A DNA stretch of 64,000 nucleotides, taken from an uncultured virus (IMG/VR IMGVR_UViG_3300011906_000002). Its lineage: Duplodnaviria > Heunggongvirae > Uroviricota > Caudoviricetes. The stretch's first letter is position 1. Every line of letters starts with the position of its first letter. The notes under the pieces were generated by a model that did no database searches, was not told where the DNA came from, and saw only the letters and a list, made by a program, of their open reading frames with translations. Both the position numbers and the translations under genes were made by a program. The stretch is from IMG/VR virus record IMGVR_UViG_3300011906_000002, positions 62,001 through 126,000 of that record; one strand, written 5' to 3'. Positions 20,301-30,856 of the stretch are shown here, one piece after another.

Positions 20301-23300
20301 TGTTAGGCAACTTCACCACTTCCAAATACTTGAGCTTGTCTTCTGCTTTCAGGGTTCCGTCAACATCTTCCATCTTACCGTCTGGTGAGAACTTCTTGGT
20401 CGCTGCATCGTGTGCCAAGTACACTGGGGTAAAGCGTGCATCACACCAACGTGCAAACCGATTAAACCCTTCTGGGTCATCCTCGCCGATGTTAAACATT
20501 TCCCGGATCTTATCCACGTCCACAGACTTGAAGTCAATCAGGGATTCGCCTGCCCGCGATTTCACCGCAGGTTTCACCAGATCTTCGAACGCCAACAGTT
20601 TGTCAACATTCTCATGATCATCAACGGCAAAACCGTATTGAGCCATCCGCAACTTAAGCAGACCACCGCGTTGATTTCGCTTGTACTTCTTGTACAGCCA
20701 CCAGGCACCAAAACCTACCGCTGCAACGGCTGCTACACCGAGCACAACTGGAGCACTCAATGCCGCTAACGCAGCAGACCCGACAGCCGCGGCCCCTGAA
20801 GCCAAGCCGCTGAGCATGGCCCCTCCGCCCATCAGCGCCAGCCGTCCTGCCCCAAGGGCTACACGACCTGCACCTTTACCGAAGGTTTTCAAACCACGTC
20901 CTAGACGCCCCAGACGACCTCCTTTACGTTTACCGTCAGGAACATCCACTCCACCACTCAACGCATCAGAAGCGCCTTTAATCAGAGCTTTCTGGGCAAG
21001 GATCTCACCCAGTCGATGAATGCCGTTGTTAAGCGCCGCCGGAATCCCAGCGAGCATCCCAACTGCAGCCGTCAACAACCCCATCAAGCCGCCTTTCTTT
21101 TCCTTGGGTTCTTTAGTGGGTTTCTCACCTTTGTCGTTTTTGGCTTCACGGTTGGCTTTGCGTTGAGCTACAATGTCAGCCCACGAACCATCTCTATCCC
21201 CATCACCATCCGAGTCACCTTTTTTGGATTTGGGTTTCAAGTCCCGTACACCGTCACGGATTTCTTCAAGGAGTAGGATTTGGTACTCACCGATGACTTC
21301 CATCATCTCCGAACTACCGCCACCACCGAACTTAGACTTCAGCCCTTTGAGACCACCCTTCATGAAGCCACCCACCCGTTTAGCCAGGTTCAGTGCACCC
21401 CGTCCAAGTTTCTTGGCCCCATCGATAGCCATGCCACCGTACTTCTTGGTTTTGTCAACCAAGCTACCCAACAAGCCTCGCGCCAGTTCCAACTTCTGTC
21501 CGGCGGAGTCCATCATGCCTTTGGTCAGCATGTCCAAGGTGACAACCACGTTCCCTTCAAGATCGTAGACAGCCCCTTTGATGTCGGTCCATTTGGTAAT
21601 CGTCGATCCGTCAGCGTTTTTGTAACCACCAGCTTTCATCACAGAGGCTAGGATGATCGGTTCTTCACGCCCTGGGATATAGATGTCACGTGGTTTGTTA
21701 AACGCATCGCGAATACTTTCACCCAGTTTCTTAGCGCCTCCGAACAGACCTTTGATCATCTCTACGGGCGACTTCAACACTTTCTTAGTGCTGAGCCAGG
21801 CATCACCCAAACGTTTGGTAAGGCTTTCCTTCCACGGCTTCCCGTGGTTGGTCCACAACCCTTTAGCAAAGTCTTCAGCCGTGAGGATCATCTCGCCAGA
21901 CTTATCTTTGATAGGTCCTTTGATATCTTCCCACTTCTTAATGACCTCACCCGTTTTAGCGTCGATGTATTCGCCGGCTTCCAGTTTGGCTTTGGTTAGC
22001 TTAGCTTGGAATTCACCACGAACGTACATCTCTTTGATGTCGTTGAACTTACCCGTGGCTTTATTCCAAATGGCCTTTAAACCATCCTTCGCTTTATTCG
22101 CAGCCCATAGTGGTGACTTGACAGTGTTCATCACACCAGTCTTTGCCATTCCCAATACAGAACCTACCCCTTTACCCAAACGACTGTTCTTCAGTCCCGT
22201 AAAGCGTGAGCCCAATCCCTTGAACCCACCCTTTATACGGTCCTTCATGGATCTGAACATCTCGTTGCCATCCACAGAGAAAACCATCATCTGTCCGGAC
22301 TGCATGTACTCGTAGATGCCGGCTAACAGTGCAATCTGCTCAGCCTGTTGGGCATTCTCTGTATGTGACTTGGTGATCTCAGCCACCAATCGATCATTGC
22401 CGTCCTTGACTGCTTGTATCAGACGATCGAATTCGTCACCACAAACACACTCTTCCACTTTAGCCTTTACTTCGGCCGCAGACCTTGGAGTATTGCTCCG
22501 ATTACCGCCAGCGGAATTGTAACCACGGTTAGAGTTGCCTCCACTATGGCCAACAGGACCAAACAGATTAGAAGCGATACGAGGATCACTACCTGCTTGA
22601 TCAAATTTGTCACCAATACCCCCTTGCACGAGCATTTCAGTAATACGGTCGAAGTTAACCTGACGGTCTTCATTCTCCCCTGTTACCAAACCGGCTCGGC
22701 GCATGTGTTCCAACCCACCGGCCTGCATCGACAGTGCTTTGATTGCCTCTGCCGGGTTATTCAGGTAATCGCGGATCTGGTGGAACTTTTTGGACTGAGC
22801 ATTTTGTTTTACGATGTCATCTTTAGACTCAAGGAACAAATCTGACAGCGCAACACGGTCTGCATCCGACAAGTCCGAATCGGCCCAGGTGTCGACGTCG
22901 TACAACTTCTTGGCGTCGTAGTGCCCACCTAACCGGGAAGCCTCAGAGATCATCCGCTTCTTCAGTGCTTGGCGCGCACCGGGTGACAACTTGTTGGTGT
23001 CACCACCAGTTAGGTCATCAATCAGTGCGTCGGTGCTTTCTTGGGTCTTCTTGAAATTATCCTCTGAGAACAAGGACCCAACGAGGTTTTTAGTGATCGA
23101 CCCTGTGTCACGGAATGAACCGTCACGCAGGTCATAGTCGACACGTGCAATGTTGGCATCACCTGTACGGATAATAGCCAACTCGTGATGAATGCGCGAC
23201 AAGAAACCTGGAATGATGTCAGTCAATGACTTACGGGCTGCGTGGCTAAACGCAACAGCATCATTGGCCTTGGTCAGGTCCGTTTCTTTTTTGCTATCCA

Positions 23301-24579
23301 GTAACGGATCGTCGATGTCATTCGGGGCTTGGTCTTTAAGCCAACGCACGGTTTTGTTCACCCAGTCAAACTTGGTGTTCTCACCTTTGTCGCTCTTAAC
23401 CAATTGCTCAATCAGTCCGGGGAGGTTGTCCACCCCATATTCCAAATAAGCACCGCCCTTCTTCACTTTTTCCATGTCGCCCAAAAGGGGCTTTAGCAAC
23501 TTAGCTAACTTGTTGCCTGCCCAATTGCCGGCGGCAGAACCTGCCAACCGACCGCCAGATTTGTAGGGATCAGATTGCTCCCCCATCTCGGCCATTTGCT
23601 CTTGCATGTCCAGCCCCATGTCAGCAGCAGAGAGTGCACCCATGGCGCCTTCTTTGAACTGATCGACGTGACCTTTCATGTTCTTAATCAGGTTGTCTTT
23701 GTACTTACCAAAGTACTTACTTGCCACATCCTTTACACGTGCCTGGGTGGCGCTGAGCATGCGGTCACGGAACTGCTGACCAGCCGCTTCACCCAGAGTG
23801 GTTTTCTGGTACTCAGGCAAGCCTGTGTTTTTGGCAATGATGTCGAGCTGTTGTTTGGTTTCCCGTGTCGCCGCCCGGTGCAACTCGAAGGTGTCTTTCA
23901 AGGTGTAGTACTGGAGATAAGACAGCTCCAATGCTTTACGTTGATACTTCGAGGTGATTTGGTCTTGATAAGTGACTAAGCGTGAGATACCACCATGGAT
24001 AGCCGAGAGGGCATCAATGTTGACCTTGAACTTTTTACGGTCCTCCAATTTCTCACGGGCTTTCTCAACCTTGTCGGTCAAGCGATCTTCTTGATCCTGT
24101 TCAGCCACTGCACCAAAGATACTGGCGACTTCAGACTGTACAGCGGCCTCACGAGACTGTTGGGCGGTCATCCCACCTTCTTGGTCATCGTTAGTCATCT
24201 GCTCGAGCTTCTTTGCCAACTTTTCAGGCAAGAAACTCTTCACCCCAGGCAAGGCACGACGGGCTACACGCTTAGCATCCCGTAGAACCGGTTTCAACTC
24301 GCCAATGGTGGTATTGTATAGATCACGTCCGGCCCCTGCGACTTCACCCAGCATGTTATCGGCTTTGGAATAGCCATCAGGCAGGGCACTTAAGGTCAAG
24401 CGCTTTACGGTGGTCGGGTTGGTGAATTCATCGGCCACACCCCCCAAAAAGGAGGTCGCGACCTTGGTGACAGGCTTTCTATCATCGGGCTGGGGTGCGG
24501 TATCAAAATCGTCGTCACCCGCCCCGAAGTCGAAATCGTCGAAATCATCGTCGATGTCGAGGTCTTTGTCCTTAGCCAT
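17371..24579 (-). CDS. Tape-measure / tail-associated lysin (phiKZ gp181-like) with lytic transglycosylase and DUF5675-like domains
   Basis: ~2402 aa from ATG 24579 (GGAG SD). Helical body with hydrophobic segments. SLT motif MAGMESSF...AKGLYQFTDETW...ANALMGAEY...YLSHFFG (~18630-19116). Second domain TLELPW..N....SCIPPGTY...ILIHAGN...GCI (~17910-18310). Confidence 0.88.
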   Translation of the reverse strand: MAKDKDLDIDDDFDDFDFGAGDDDFDTAPQPDDRKPVTKVATSFLGGVADEFTNPTTVKRLTLSALPDGYSKADNMLGEVAGAGRDLYNTTIGELKPVLRDAKRVARRALPGVKSFLPEKLAKKLEQMTNDDQEGGMTAQQSREAAVQSEVASIFGAVAEQDQEDRLTDKVEKAREKLEDRKKFKVNIDALSAIHGGISRLVTYQDQITSKYQRKALELSYLQYYTLKDTFELHRAATRETKQQLDIIAKNTGLPEYQKTTLGEAAGQQFRDRMLSATQARVKDVASKYFGKYKDNLIKNMKGHVDQFKEGAMGALSAADMGLDMQEQMAEMGEQSDPYKSGGRLAGSAAGNWAGNKLAKLLKPLLGDMEKVKKGGAYLEYGVDNLPGLIEQLVKSDKGENTKFDWVNKTVRWLKDQAPNDIDDPLLDSKKETDLTKANDAVAFSHAARKSLTDIIPGFLSRIHHELAIIRTGDANIARVDYDLRDGSFRDTGSITKNLVGSLFSEDNFKKTQESTDALIDDLTGGDTNKLSPGARQALKKRMISEASRLGGHYDAKKLYDVDTWADSDLSDADRVALSDLFLESKDDIVKQNAQSKKFHQIRDYLNNPAEAIKALSMQAGGLEHMRRAGLVTGENEDRQVNFDRITEMLVQGGIGDKFDQAGSDPRIASNLFGPVGHSGGNSNRGYNSAGGNRSNTPRSAAEVKAKVEECVCGDEFDRLIQAVKDGNDRLVAEITKSHTENAQQAEQIALLAGIYEYMQSGQMMVFSVDGNEMFRSMKDRIKGGFKGLGSRFTGLKNSRLGKGVGSVLGMAKTGVMNTVKSPLWAANKAKDGLKAIWNKATGKFNDIKEMYVRGEFQAKLTKAKLEAGEYIDAKTGEVIKKWEDIKGPIKDKSGEMILTAEDFAKGLWTNHGKPWKESLTKRLGDAWLSTKKVLKSPVEMIKGLFGGAKKLGESIRDAFNKPRDIYIPGREEPIILASVMKAGGYKNADGSTITKWTDIKGAVYDLEGNVVVTLDMLTKGMMDSAGQKLELARGLLGSLVDKTKKYGGMAIDGAKKLGRGALNLAKRVGGFMKGGLKGLKSKFGGGGSSEMMEVIGEYQILLLEEIRDGVRDLKPKSKKGDSDGDGDRDGSWADIVAQRKANREAKNDKGEKPTKEPKEKKGGLMGLLTAAVGMLAGIPAALNNGIHRLGEILAQKALIKGASDALSGGVDVPDGKRKGGRLGRLGRGLKTFGKGAGRVALGAGRLALMGGGAMLSGLASGAAAVGSAALAALSAPVVLGVAAVAAVGFGAWWLYKKYKRNQRGGLLKLRMAQYGFAVDDHENVDKLLAFEDLVKPAVKSRAGESLIDFKSVDVDKIREMFNIGEDDPEGFNRFARWCDARFTPVYLAHDAATKKFSPDGKMEDVDGTLKAEDKLKYLEVVKLPNNNAYQFLDHPMQEGNLAMETDDVEAIALQLKNDYTAEVGQQAKPEAAAAGGAAAAAAVASATAGEKPGILSRALGTVKDVLMKYTPIGIMAGVAIKAAEKLAGLGKSMFEWIKGKFFTEEFKVPSILNREIDALTSIRYRLYGLSVMEYSKAQPLSKLEEILIKDVSYNGRGRATWNGDAKGLFKQVGGMFVTNTESEEVMTQWNAWFTKRFLPVFLAYLSSVYAFDQNGNPFDAADRLRPPQVLEIARFIAQASSNPDAKVADRISVWSIADIPYDRHEPNMDPSSIAPFMLVLEEAARRTILAEKANANKGGSGAPTAGQTTKGQVSMAAARAVANPNATYTTPLQNAMYGSAPVSTERGMTGGGMAVMGVEAEGGIWTSLPGVGGPEGQYMSYRDLIVAASKMAGVDPALMATMAGMESSFRGRVGAPKGSAKGLYQFTDETWAEMLKKYGKKYGLSEDADVLDPRANALMGAEYLKENAKKFKQEFGRDATDIDLYLSHFFGANGAKKFLSSNPNEVASKVMPAAARNNEGIFFSKDGKARTVAQVQAEIDSRMSVWRYNSGNDARKLAGMGEVRAVASAPVIPGVTAASSVPTTPSSTLGTLTTLPNASAPAANSGPVGILKSESGAPSPQGASPSYTSTSKPVNPTVDPTTAQQGGQAMLVREPSKEDGTYGVLTLPGGSSFNTLELPWRNNETGKSCIPPGTYKVEIRNSPKFGTVYEVKGVPNRSAILIHAGNTAGNTDRGLKSDVQGCIILGMSRGRLNNQSAVLESKPALAALMQKMGGRSFTLNVVGAAEDTAPLPVESEQVDAVNNPTSLLAPVGPSTTSITNPASPGRKPGQALNATIEVPNLLAPPTAANITPEAMVEQQQRKAQQAANVQRQSTEVSKQTQANTAAVETLMKQQLEIQMSMDASLKNIDVGIQQLAKQMGVTEEPKKATTPTPPSSSIPKRAEATPASLTPINFRRRVSGN

Positions 24580-24634
24580 GCTGGACTCCACATTCAGGGT
24601 TTAAATAGATCATATCATTTTCGGAGCGGTTACC

Positions 24635-26266
24635 GTGAAAAATAGTTCCATTCCTTTTAACGTCTCGATCATGGAGTTGACGCCGGAAAAACTCGCCAAG
24701 ATCCGTCCGGTCAAGGCGCCCGACATTTATGACGGGATCTCCGGTAACTTTCATGAAGACGGCTTGTTCTCTGTACTGACCTTTGGTCGAGTAGGGGACG
24801 AACAACGCGACATGCGTTTTGGTTACATCGACGCTGTGGTGACAGTCTTTCATCCGACAATCTTCCGTGCTTTGTGTCAACTAAAAGCTTTGTACCGGGA
24901 CATCATGTCCGGTACCCGTTATGCCATCTGGAACGCCAAGGAAGCTGACTTTGAAGCAGCCACCGAGATGGACGGCGAAACAGGCTATGCGTTCTTCTTG
25001 ACACACTGGCACAAACTCAAATTCAAGGAATCAAAGTCACCCATTCGGACAGAGCGCATCCGGATGATTGAGAAGTATCGCAAGATGGCCACCACCGATA
25101 AAATCTTGGTGTTGCCAGCAGGACTGCGGGACTACGTGATTGATGCCTCAGGACGCGGTACACAAGACGAGATCAACGACATCTACCGGAAAATCATCGG
25201 TGCGTCGAAGGTCTTAGTCAGTGCCGAGGGGGCTGAGTTGTCCCCTATTTTCGACAACAGTCGTAAGTCCATACAACAAAGCTTCAACGAGATCTACGAC
25301 ACGATCTCACAAATGATTACGGGCAAGAAGGGCTTCTTTCAGGAGAAGTTTGGTAGCCGCCGTATCTTCAACGGTACGCGTAACGTAATCTCGGCAATGG
25401 ATACCTCGGTTGCTGACTTGGATGCCGACAATGCCCCTGGGTTTAACGACAGCATCATTGGCCTGTTTCAGGTCATGAAGGGTGCTCTACCGGTGACCAT
25501 TTACCAACTGCGTAATGGTTGGTTGGGCGACGTCTTTGGGATTGGGGGTTCTGGTACTTCAGCCCGTTTGGTTGATCCTAAGTCCTTGCAACAGGACGTC
25601 GTGGACCTACCACTGGATGTACGCGATAAGTGGGTAACGGTTGAAGGGTTGGAAAAGCTGATTGAAGGTTTCCGTAACCCAGGCATTCGTTTCAAGCCGA
25701 TCAAGATCGAAGGGCGTTACTTGGGTTTGATTTACATCGGACCTGACAAGACGTTTAAGATCTTTGGGGACATTCGTGAATTGCCGGAACACTTGGACCG
25801 TCAATACGTTGAGCCTCTGACCTATGTACACTTGTTTTATCTGTGTGCGTATCGTCGTTGGAACACCCTCAAAGCTATCGTAACCCGTTACCCCGTCGCC
25901 GGTATTGGTTCGACCTACCCTTCTCACGTGTATTGCAAAACCACCATCGTCGGTGAAGTACGCTACGAGTTAGGTGATGATTGGCAGCCCCTAGGTGAGG
26001 AATACAAAGCGTTGGAATTTCCGACGCGTAAGCCTGAAGCCTTCGTGGACTCGCAGGTTATCCACCCCAGTCGCCTGGCAGGTTTGGCTGCGGACTACGA
26101 CGGTGACACCGCCTCTGCCACAATCGTGTACAGCGATGAAGCCTTGGCCGAACTGGACCGTTTCTTGGACAGCACGGCAGCCTACCTCGACCCGCGTGGC
26201 GGCTTTAAGGCTGGGTGTGACGTCGACACCGTGACATTGGTTTTGAAGAATATGACTGGTGACTGA
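24635..26266 (+). CDS. Virion RNA polymerase beta-prime catalytic subunit (phiKZ gp180-like)
   Basis: EDGLFSVLTFG, SRRIFNGTRNVIS, TRYP and catalytic ADYDGD motif. Divergent from the gp181-like gene. Confidence 0.92.
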   Translation: MKNSSIPFNVSIMELTPEKLAKIRPVKAPDIYDGISGNFHEDGLFSVLTFGRVGDEQRDMRFGYIDAVVTVFHPTIFRALCQLKALYRDIMSGTRYAIWNAKEADFEAATEMDGETGYAFFLTHWHKLKFKESKSPIRTERIRMIEKYRKMATTDKILVLPAGLRDYVIDASGRGTQDEINDIYRKIIGASKVLVSAEGAELSPIFDNSRKSIQQSFNEIYDTISQMITGKKGFFQEKFGSRRIFNGTRNVISAMDTSVADLDADNAPGFNDSIIGLFQVMKGALPVTIYQLRNGWLGDVFGIGGSGTSARLVDPKSLQQDVVDLPLDVRDKWVTVEGLEKLIEGFRNPGIRFKPIKIEGRYLGLIYIGPDKTFKIFGDIRELPEHLDRQYVEPLTYVHLFYLCAYRRWNTLKAIVTRYPVAGIGSTYPSHVYCKTTIVGEVRYELGDDWQPLGEEYKALEFPTRKPEAFVDSQVIHPSRLAGLAADYDGDTASATIVYSDEALAELDRFLDSTAAYLDPRGGFKAGCDVDTVTLVLKNMTGD

Positions 26267-26307
26267 GGTTGCCAGGCCCCTTTGTTTGATTCTAAGGAAA
26301 ATGATCC

Positions 26308-29300
26308 ATGCTTCTTTATCCTGCTTGGTACCGGAAACGGGGTATCCGTCGTCTGGTTGCCCTGACTGCACCGGAAACCCACAGTTTGGTCAACTTGAAC
26401 ATGCCCCGTGGGGCGGTGTTGAGTTACCTACCTGAAGACAGTACCTCCTTAGGTCCTGGTAAAGATGATCCCTTGATCAAAGCCGCTGAGCGGATCGTCT
26501 ACGTGGATCACATCACCGAACTGCGCAGCGAGATTGGTAACCCCAAGCCCGTGGTGTGGCCTGTTGATCGTCACTTGCGGGACTACCAGCGTACGAACCG
26601 GGGTAAGATCCGGCCGATGCTGAATCCTGAAACGGTGATGTCCAATACGAAAACGTTGGTAGTGGAGAACTTCGCTCCGCTCCAATTCGTTAAGCGATAT
26701 ACCGCGAACTTCTTTGCTTCGTATTACAAGTGGGTGAACATTCGCCACACGATGTGGAAGAAGCTCAATGAGGTGGCTAACCAGTTTCCTGAGCGACATT
26801 TGTTTGTGAACATAGTGCTGCCTGAAGTACTGCCTTCGTTCACCGCGTTGCGTCGGGCTGAAAAGTCCATTGTGCGTAACACCTTGGAGAAGTTCACCAC
26901 CAATGAGTCGTTGGACATCCTAGACATCTGGACTTGGTTGGGTGAACAGCGCAATGAAGCGCCTATGGCGAATTTGGAGACGAAGAACCTTGATCGCCTG
27001 AACCTACTCTTCCTTTATAAGGATCGTTGGTTCTGCGTGAACCTGGGGCTTCTCAACGCGTGGCGTAAAACTGCCGACGAATCCCAAGGGACCGAAGAAG
27101 GATTGGATTCTGCAGCTTTGCAAAAGCGATTCTTGCGTGGTCTGATGCATTTGATCGAATCGCGAGCAATCGTTGACCTTGACGAAGAACCTGAAGTCGA
27201 GGAAGAGGACGATATACCAGACGTGTCGGATGACGATGACAGTGATGGCCCTACTCGTATCTCTGATGGACGGCGGCGGGTAGAAGAGCCCAAGGACGTT
27301 AAAGGCAAATCCACCAAGCCTGAATTGATCGTGGTAAAAGACGATCCCATCAGTGCGGAAACCTCGGACATCAACTTCGAGGAAGAAACCGCAGAGATGC
27401 TTAAGGAGGATTACGAGCTACTGCGTCAGGCGGAACTTGACGATGCCAAGATCGAGAAGGAACTCGAAAGCTTGGAGATAATCGAACAGGTTAAAGAAGA
27501 CACCGCCCAGATCCAAGAAGCGCCTGTTACGTTGATCAAGGTTACGGGTGAGGCGCGTGATGTTGAGAAAGGCATTCTGGATAAGGCCAACGAAATGGCT
27601 GATGCGGGTTTGCTTTCAGGGTCTGAGTACAAGCGAGCACAACGCCTGGCTTCAACGTACAAAGAACTCCCCAACCCGTACGGTGGCAAAGGGACCTTGG
27701 CTGATGTCATGAGCCTGAGTCCTGAAACCCTCAAGATCACCAACCCGCCGAAGATGCCGAAGAACTCGGAAGTCTTTGACGAGCGCGTCTTGAAGTCCAC
27801 TTTGTTTGAGTTCGACTCGCGGTATGTAAAAGATGTGTTGCCTAAGGACATCGTGAACTCAGTGATGTCTGTACAAAACGCAGGCGTAGTGGTGGCTGAC
27901 TATAATGTCGAGACTGTGGAAGACGTGATGAACCATTACGAAATCCATGCCATCAAACTTTCGCCAGTAACCGGTGTGGGTAGCACCATTCGTTTCCGGG
28001 TTCCTAAGATCCACGAAGACGGTACCTACTTTGCGAACGGCGTACGTTATCACCTGCGTAAACAACGGGGTGACATGCCGATCCGTAAGGTGTTGCCGAA
28101 TCGGGTGGCGTTGACCAGCTACTACGGCAAGAGCTTTGTCTCGCGTTCGGAGAAAGCCGTCCATAACTACCCAGGTTGGTTGTGTAACCAGATCATGGCC
28201 ATCGGTCTTGATCCGAAGGACCCACGGGTGAGCAACCTTAAACCCACTAACGTGTTCAATCCGTTGAACAAAGTCCCGAAACTGTACAGCATGCTGGCAC
28301 ACAAGTTCAGAAGCTTCAGTGCAGGAGGGATAGACTTCTTCTTAGACTACGCCAAGCTTGAGGAGAACTTTGGCGAGAAGGCGATTAACCGACCCGAAGC
28401 ACGCGGGCTGGTACCGATTGGTAAGCAAGGTCAAGACGTGGTGTATATCGACCCGAGCAACATGATGTTTGTGTTGAAAGGGCGTGGTCCTCAGCCGATT
28501 CCAGCAATTGAGGAAGTGTTGGGTTTGGACATCAGCAAAGCCCCGGTTGAAGTAGCTGAGCTTAAAGTGTTCAACAAAGAACTGCCCATGGGTCTGGTGT
28601 TGGGGTATTACCTTGGACTGGACAAGCTGATCAAAGCGTTGAAGCCTACAGCGTTTCGTCGGGTACAGGTAGGGGATCGGTTGAAGTTAACTGATGGAGA
28701 ATACGTGGTTCGCTTTGCAGACGAGAACCTGGTGTTTCATCGGGATGATCGGTTGTGTGCGTTGATCATGGCAGGCTTTAACAGCTACCACAAAACCATC
28801 CGTAACTACAACGTCTACGACTTCGACCGCAAAGACGTATACCTGAACGTGTTGGAAGCCAACGGGATTGGCATTCGTTACCTGCGTGAACTGGACCTGT
28901 TGAAAGACATGTTCATTGACCCGATCACCCATGACCTGTTGGTGGAGATGCAAGAACCCACTGATTGGATCGGTCTGGTTACCCGTGCAACCGAATTGTT
29001 GACGACTGATTGGTCGCCTGCTGAAACGGACATGGAGTACATGCGGATCAAAGGCTACGAGCGTATTGCAGGAGCGGTCTATACGGAACTGGTTCGTTCG
29101 GTTCGAACGCATCAAGCTCGTCGGGGTGCTTCTAGCAACAAGATCGAAATGCCACCGAATGCAATCTGGCAAGCGATTCAAGAAGACCCCTCAAAAGGGA
29201 TGGTGGAAGAGTCTAACCCGATCGAGTGCTTGCGTGAGCAAGAGGCTGTGACCATGGGCGGTACTGGTGGTCGGAGTCGGCGCTCGATGGTTAAGCGTAG

Positions 29301-30627
29301 CCGTATTTATCACCGTAACGACATGGGGGTTATCTCCGAGGCGACAGTGGACTCAGGCGACGTGGCGATCAACACCTTCTTGTCTGCTGACCCGAACTTC
29401 AAGTCACTGCGTGGCACCAGCAACCGGTACGATGCGAAGAACGACAGTGCGGCAACCTTGTTCAGTACAGCAGCTCTGATCTCTCCCGGTTCTGACCGCG
29501 ACGATCCTAAGCGGGTTAACTTCGTGGGGATTCAGTATCACTCCACAATGTTCTCGGAAGGGTACGAGCCTGCGATGGTGCGTACAGGTTACGAGCAGAT
29601 GGTAGCGCATCGGGTAGACGATCTGTTTGCCAGTACGGCTAAAGATGACGGCACGGTAACTAACGTGACGGATGAAGCCATCACCATTGCGTATAAGAAT
29701 GGTTCGTCTAAGAGCATTCAGCTAGGTCGCCGGTTCGGGACTGTGGCAGGTACCATGTTCCCACACAATGTGGTGACTGTGCTCAAGGCGGGAGACAAGT
29801 TCAAAGCAGGCGATCCGATTGCCTATAACACCAACTACTTCCAGCTTGATCCGATCAATCCGAAACTCCTGTTGATGAAGACAGGGATTCTGGCAAAGAC
29901 GGTGTTGTTGGAATCGACAGACACCTTGGAAGACTCCTCGGTTATCTCGGAAAAGTTGGCAAATAAGCTTGGAACCAAGATTACCAAGATCCGTGACATT
30001 GTTGTAACCTTCGATCAGAAGCTACATTCTTTGGTCAAGGTTGGGCAAAAGCTTGAGTCGGACGATATTTTATGTACGATTGAAGATGCCGTCACGGCAG
30101 ACAACGAACTGTTTGATGAAAACTCCCTCGATACACTGCGTCTGTTGGGTTCCCAAACTCCACGGGCGAAGTACGAAGGAATCGTTGAACGGGTTGAAGT
30201 CTTCTACAACGGTGATCTGGAGGACATGTCAGAATCCATTCGTGCGGTTGCTGTCAACGCAGATAAAGGACGGGCGAAAGTTGCTCGGGGGCTGAACAAG
30301 ACTGTGCTTTCAGGACAGGTCGACAGCTCTTTGCGTATTGGGGGTAATCCACTGAACGTTGACTCCATGGCTGTGCGGGTGTACATCACCATGCAAGTAG
30401 GCACAGGGGTCGGTGACAAGGGCGTGTTCGCCAACCAGTTGAAAACCATCTTTGGGCGGGTGATGTCAGGTGAGAACCGTACTGAGTCGGGTGAAGATCT
30501 GGATGCCATCTTTGGTTATACCAGCATCAACGCGCGGATCGTGTTGTCTCCAGACTTGATAGGTACCACCACCACCCTGTTGAAGGTGATCGCCAAACAA
30601 GCCGTCAAGGTCTATAAGGGGTCGTAA
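26308..30627 (+). CDS. Virion RNA polymerase beta subunit, N-terminal/main part (phiKZ gp178-like)
   Basis: 1439 aa. Beta motifs NGVRY, GTGGRS, DRDDPKRVNF, EDSSVISE, GDKGVFANQLKT. Confidence 0.92.
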   Translation: MLLYPAWYRKRGIRRLVALTAPETHSLVNLNMPRGAVLSYLPEDSTSLGPGKDDPLIKAAERIVYVDHITELRSEIGNPKPVVWPVDRHLRDYQRTNRGKIRPMLNPETVMSNTKTLVVENFAPLQFVKRYTANFFASYYKWVNIRHTMWKKLNEVANQFPERHLFVNIVLPEVLPSFTALRRAEKSIVRNTLEKFTTNESLDILDIWTWLGEQRNEAPMANLETKNLDRLNLLFLYKDRWFCVNLGLLNAWRKTADESQGTEEGLDSAALQKRFLRGLMHLIESRAIVDLDEEPEVEEEDDIPDVSDDDDSDGPTRISDGRRRVEEPKDVKGKSTKPELIVVKDDPISAETSDINFEEETAEMLKEDYELLRQAELDDAKIEKELESLEIIEQVKEDTAQIQEAPVTLIKVTGEARDVEKGILDKANEMADAGLLSGSEYKRAQRLASTYKELPNPYGGKGTLADVMSLSPETLKITNPPKMPKNSEVFDERVLKSTLFEFDSRYVKDVLPKDIVNSVMSVQNAGVVVADYNVETVEDVMNHYEIHAIKLSPVTGVGSTIRFRVPKIHEDGTYFANGVRYHLRKQRGDMPIRKVLPNRVALTSYYGKSFVSRSEKAVHNYPGWLCNQIMAIGLDPKDPRVSNLKPTNVFNPLNKVPKLYSMLAHKFRSFSAGGIDFFLDYAKLEENFGEKAINRPEARGLVPIGKQGQDVVYIDPSNMMFVLKGRGPQPIPAIEEVLGLDISKAPVEVAELKVFNKELPMGLVLGYYLGLDKLIKALKPTAFRRVQVGDRLKLTDGEYVVRFADENLVFHRDDRLCALIMAGFNSYHKTIRNYNVYDFDRKDVYLNVLEANGIGIRYLRELDLLKDMFIDPITHDLLVEMQEPTDWIGLVTRATELLTTDWSPAETDMEYMRIKGYERIAGAVYTELVRSVRTHQARRGASSNKIEMPPNAIWQAIQEDPSKGMVEESNPIECLREQEAVTMGGTGGRSRRSMVKRSRIYHRNDMGVISEATVDSGDVAINTFLSADPNFKSLRGTSNRYDAKNDSAATLFSTAALISPGSDRDDPKRVNFVGIQYHSTMFSEGYEPAMVRTGYEQMVAHRVDDLFASTAKDDGTVTNVTDEAITIAYKNGSSKSIQLGRRFGTVAGTMFPHNVVTVLKAGDKFKAGDPIAYNTNYFQLDPINPKLLLMKTGILAKTVLLESTDTLEDSSVISEKLANKLGTKITKIRDIVVTFDQKLHSLVKVGQKLESDDILCTIEDAVTADNELFDENSLDTLRLLGSQTPRAKYEGIVERVEVFYNGDLEDMSESIRAVAVNADKGRAKVARGLNKTVLSGQVDSSLRIGGNPLNVDSMAVRVYITMQVGTGVGDKGVFANQLKTIFGRVMSGENRTESGEDLDAIFGYTSINARIVLSPDLIGTTTTLLKVIAKQAVKVYKGS

Positions 30628-30641
30628 GGCCCCTTTCTTTT
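30616..30641 (+). terminator. Intrinsic terminator overlapping the RNAP beta stop
   Basis: AAGGGGTC-GTAA-GGCCCCTT followed by TCTTTT. Confidence 0.6.
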
Positions 30642-30661
30642 AGTAAACGGAAGGTCTTCCC

Positions 30662-30856
30662 ATGAGTAAGAAATTCGAGCAAAACGCTACGGTGCTCGCC
30701 AACGCAGCCGAACTCGGTGCGGCGATCATGCGACGCATCTCTGGCAACGCAGTGTCCAACCACATCGATGGTCAACTGCAAAGCGACGGCGCAACCAAGG
30801 GAGCCTTGGTGGCTGTTATTCAACGCAAGCTGACCAAGAAGCACGGGGTGGTCTGA
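30662..30856 (+). CDS. Small conserved protein (SPN3US gp242-like position)
   Basis: 64 aa; stop overlaps the next ATG. Confidence 0.6.
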   Translation: MSKKFEQNATVLANAAELGAAIMRRISGNAVSNHIDGQLQSDGATKGALVAVIQRKLTKKHGVV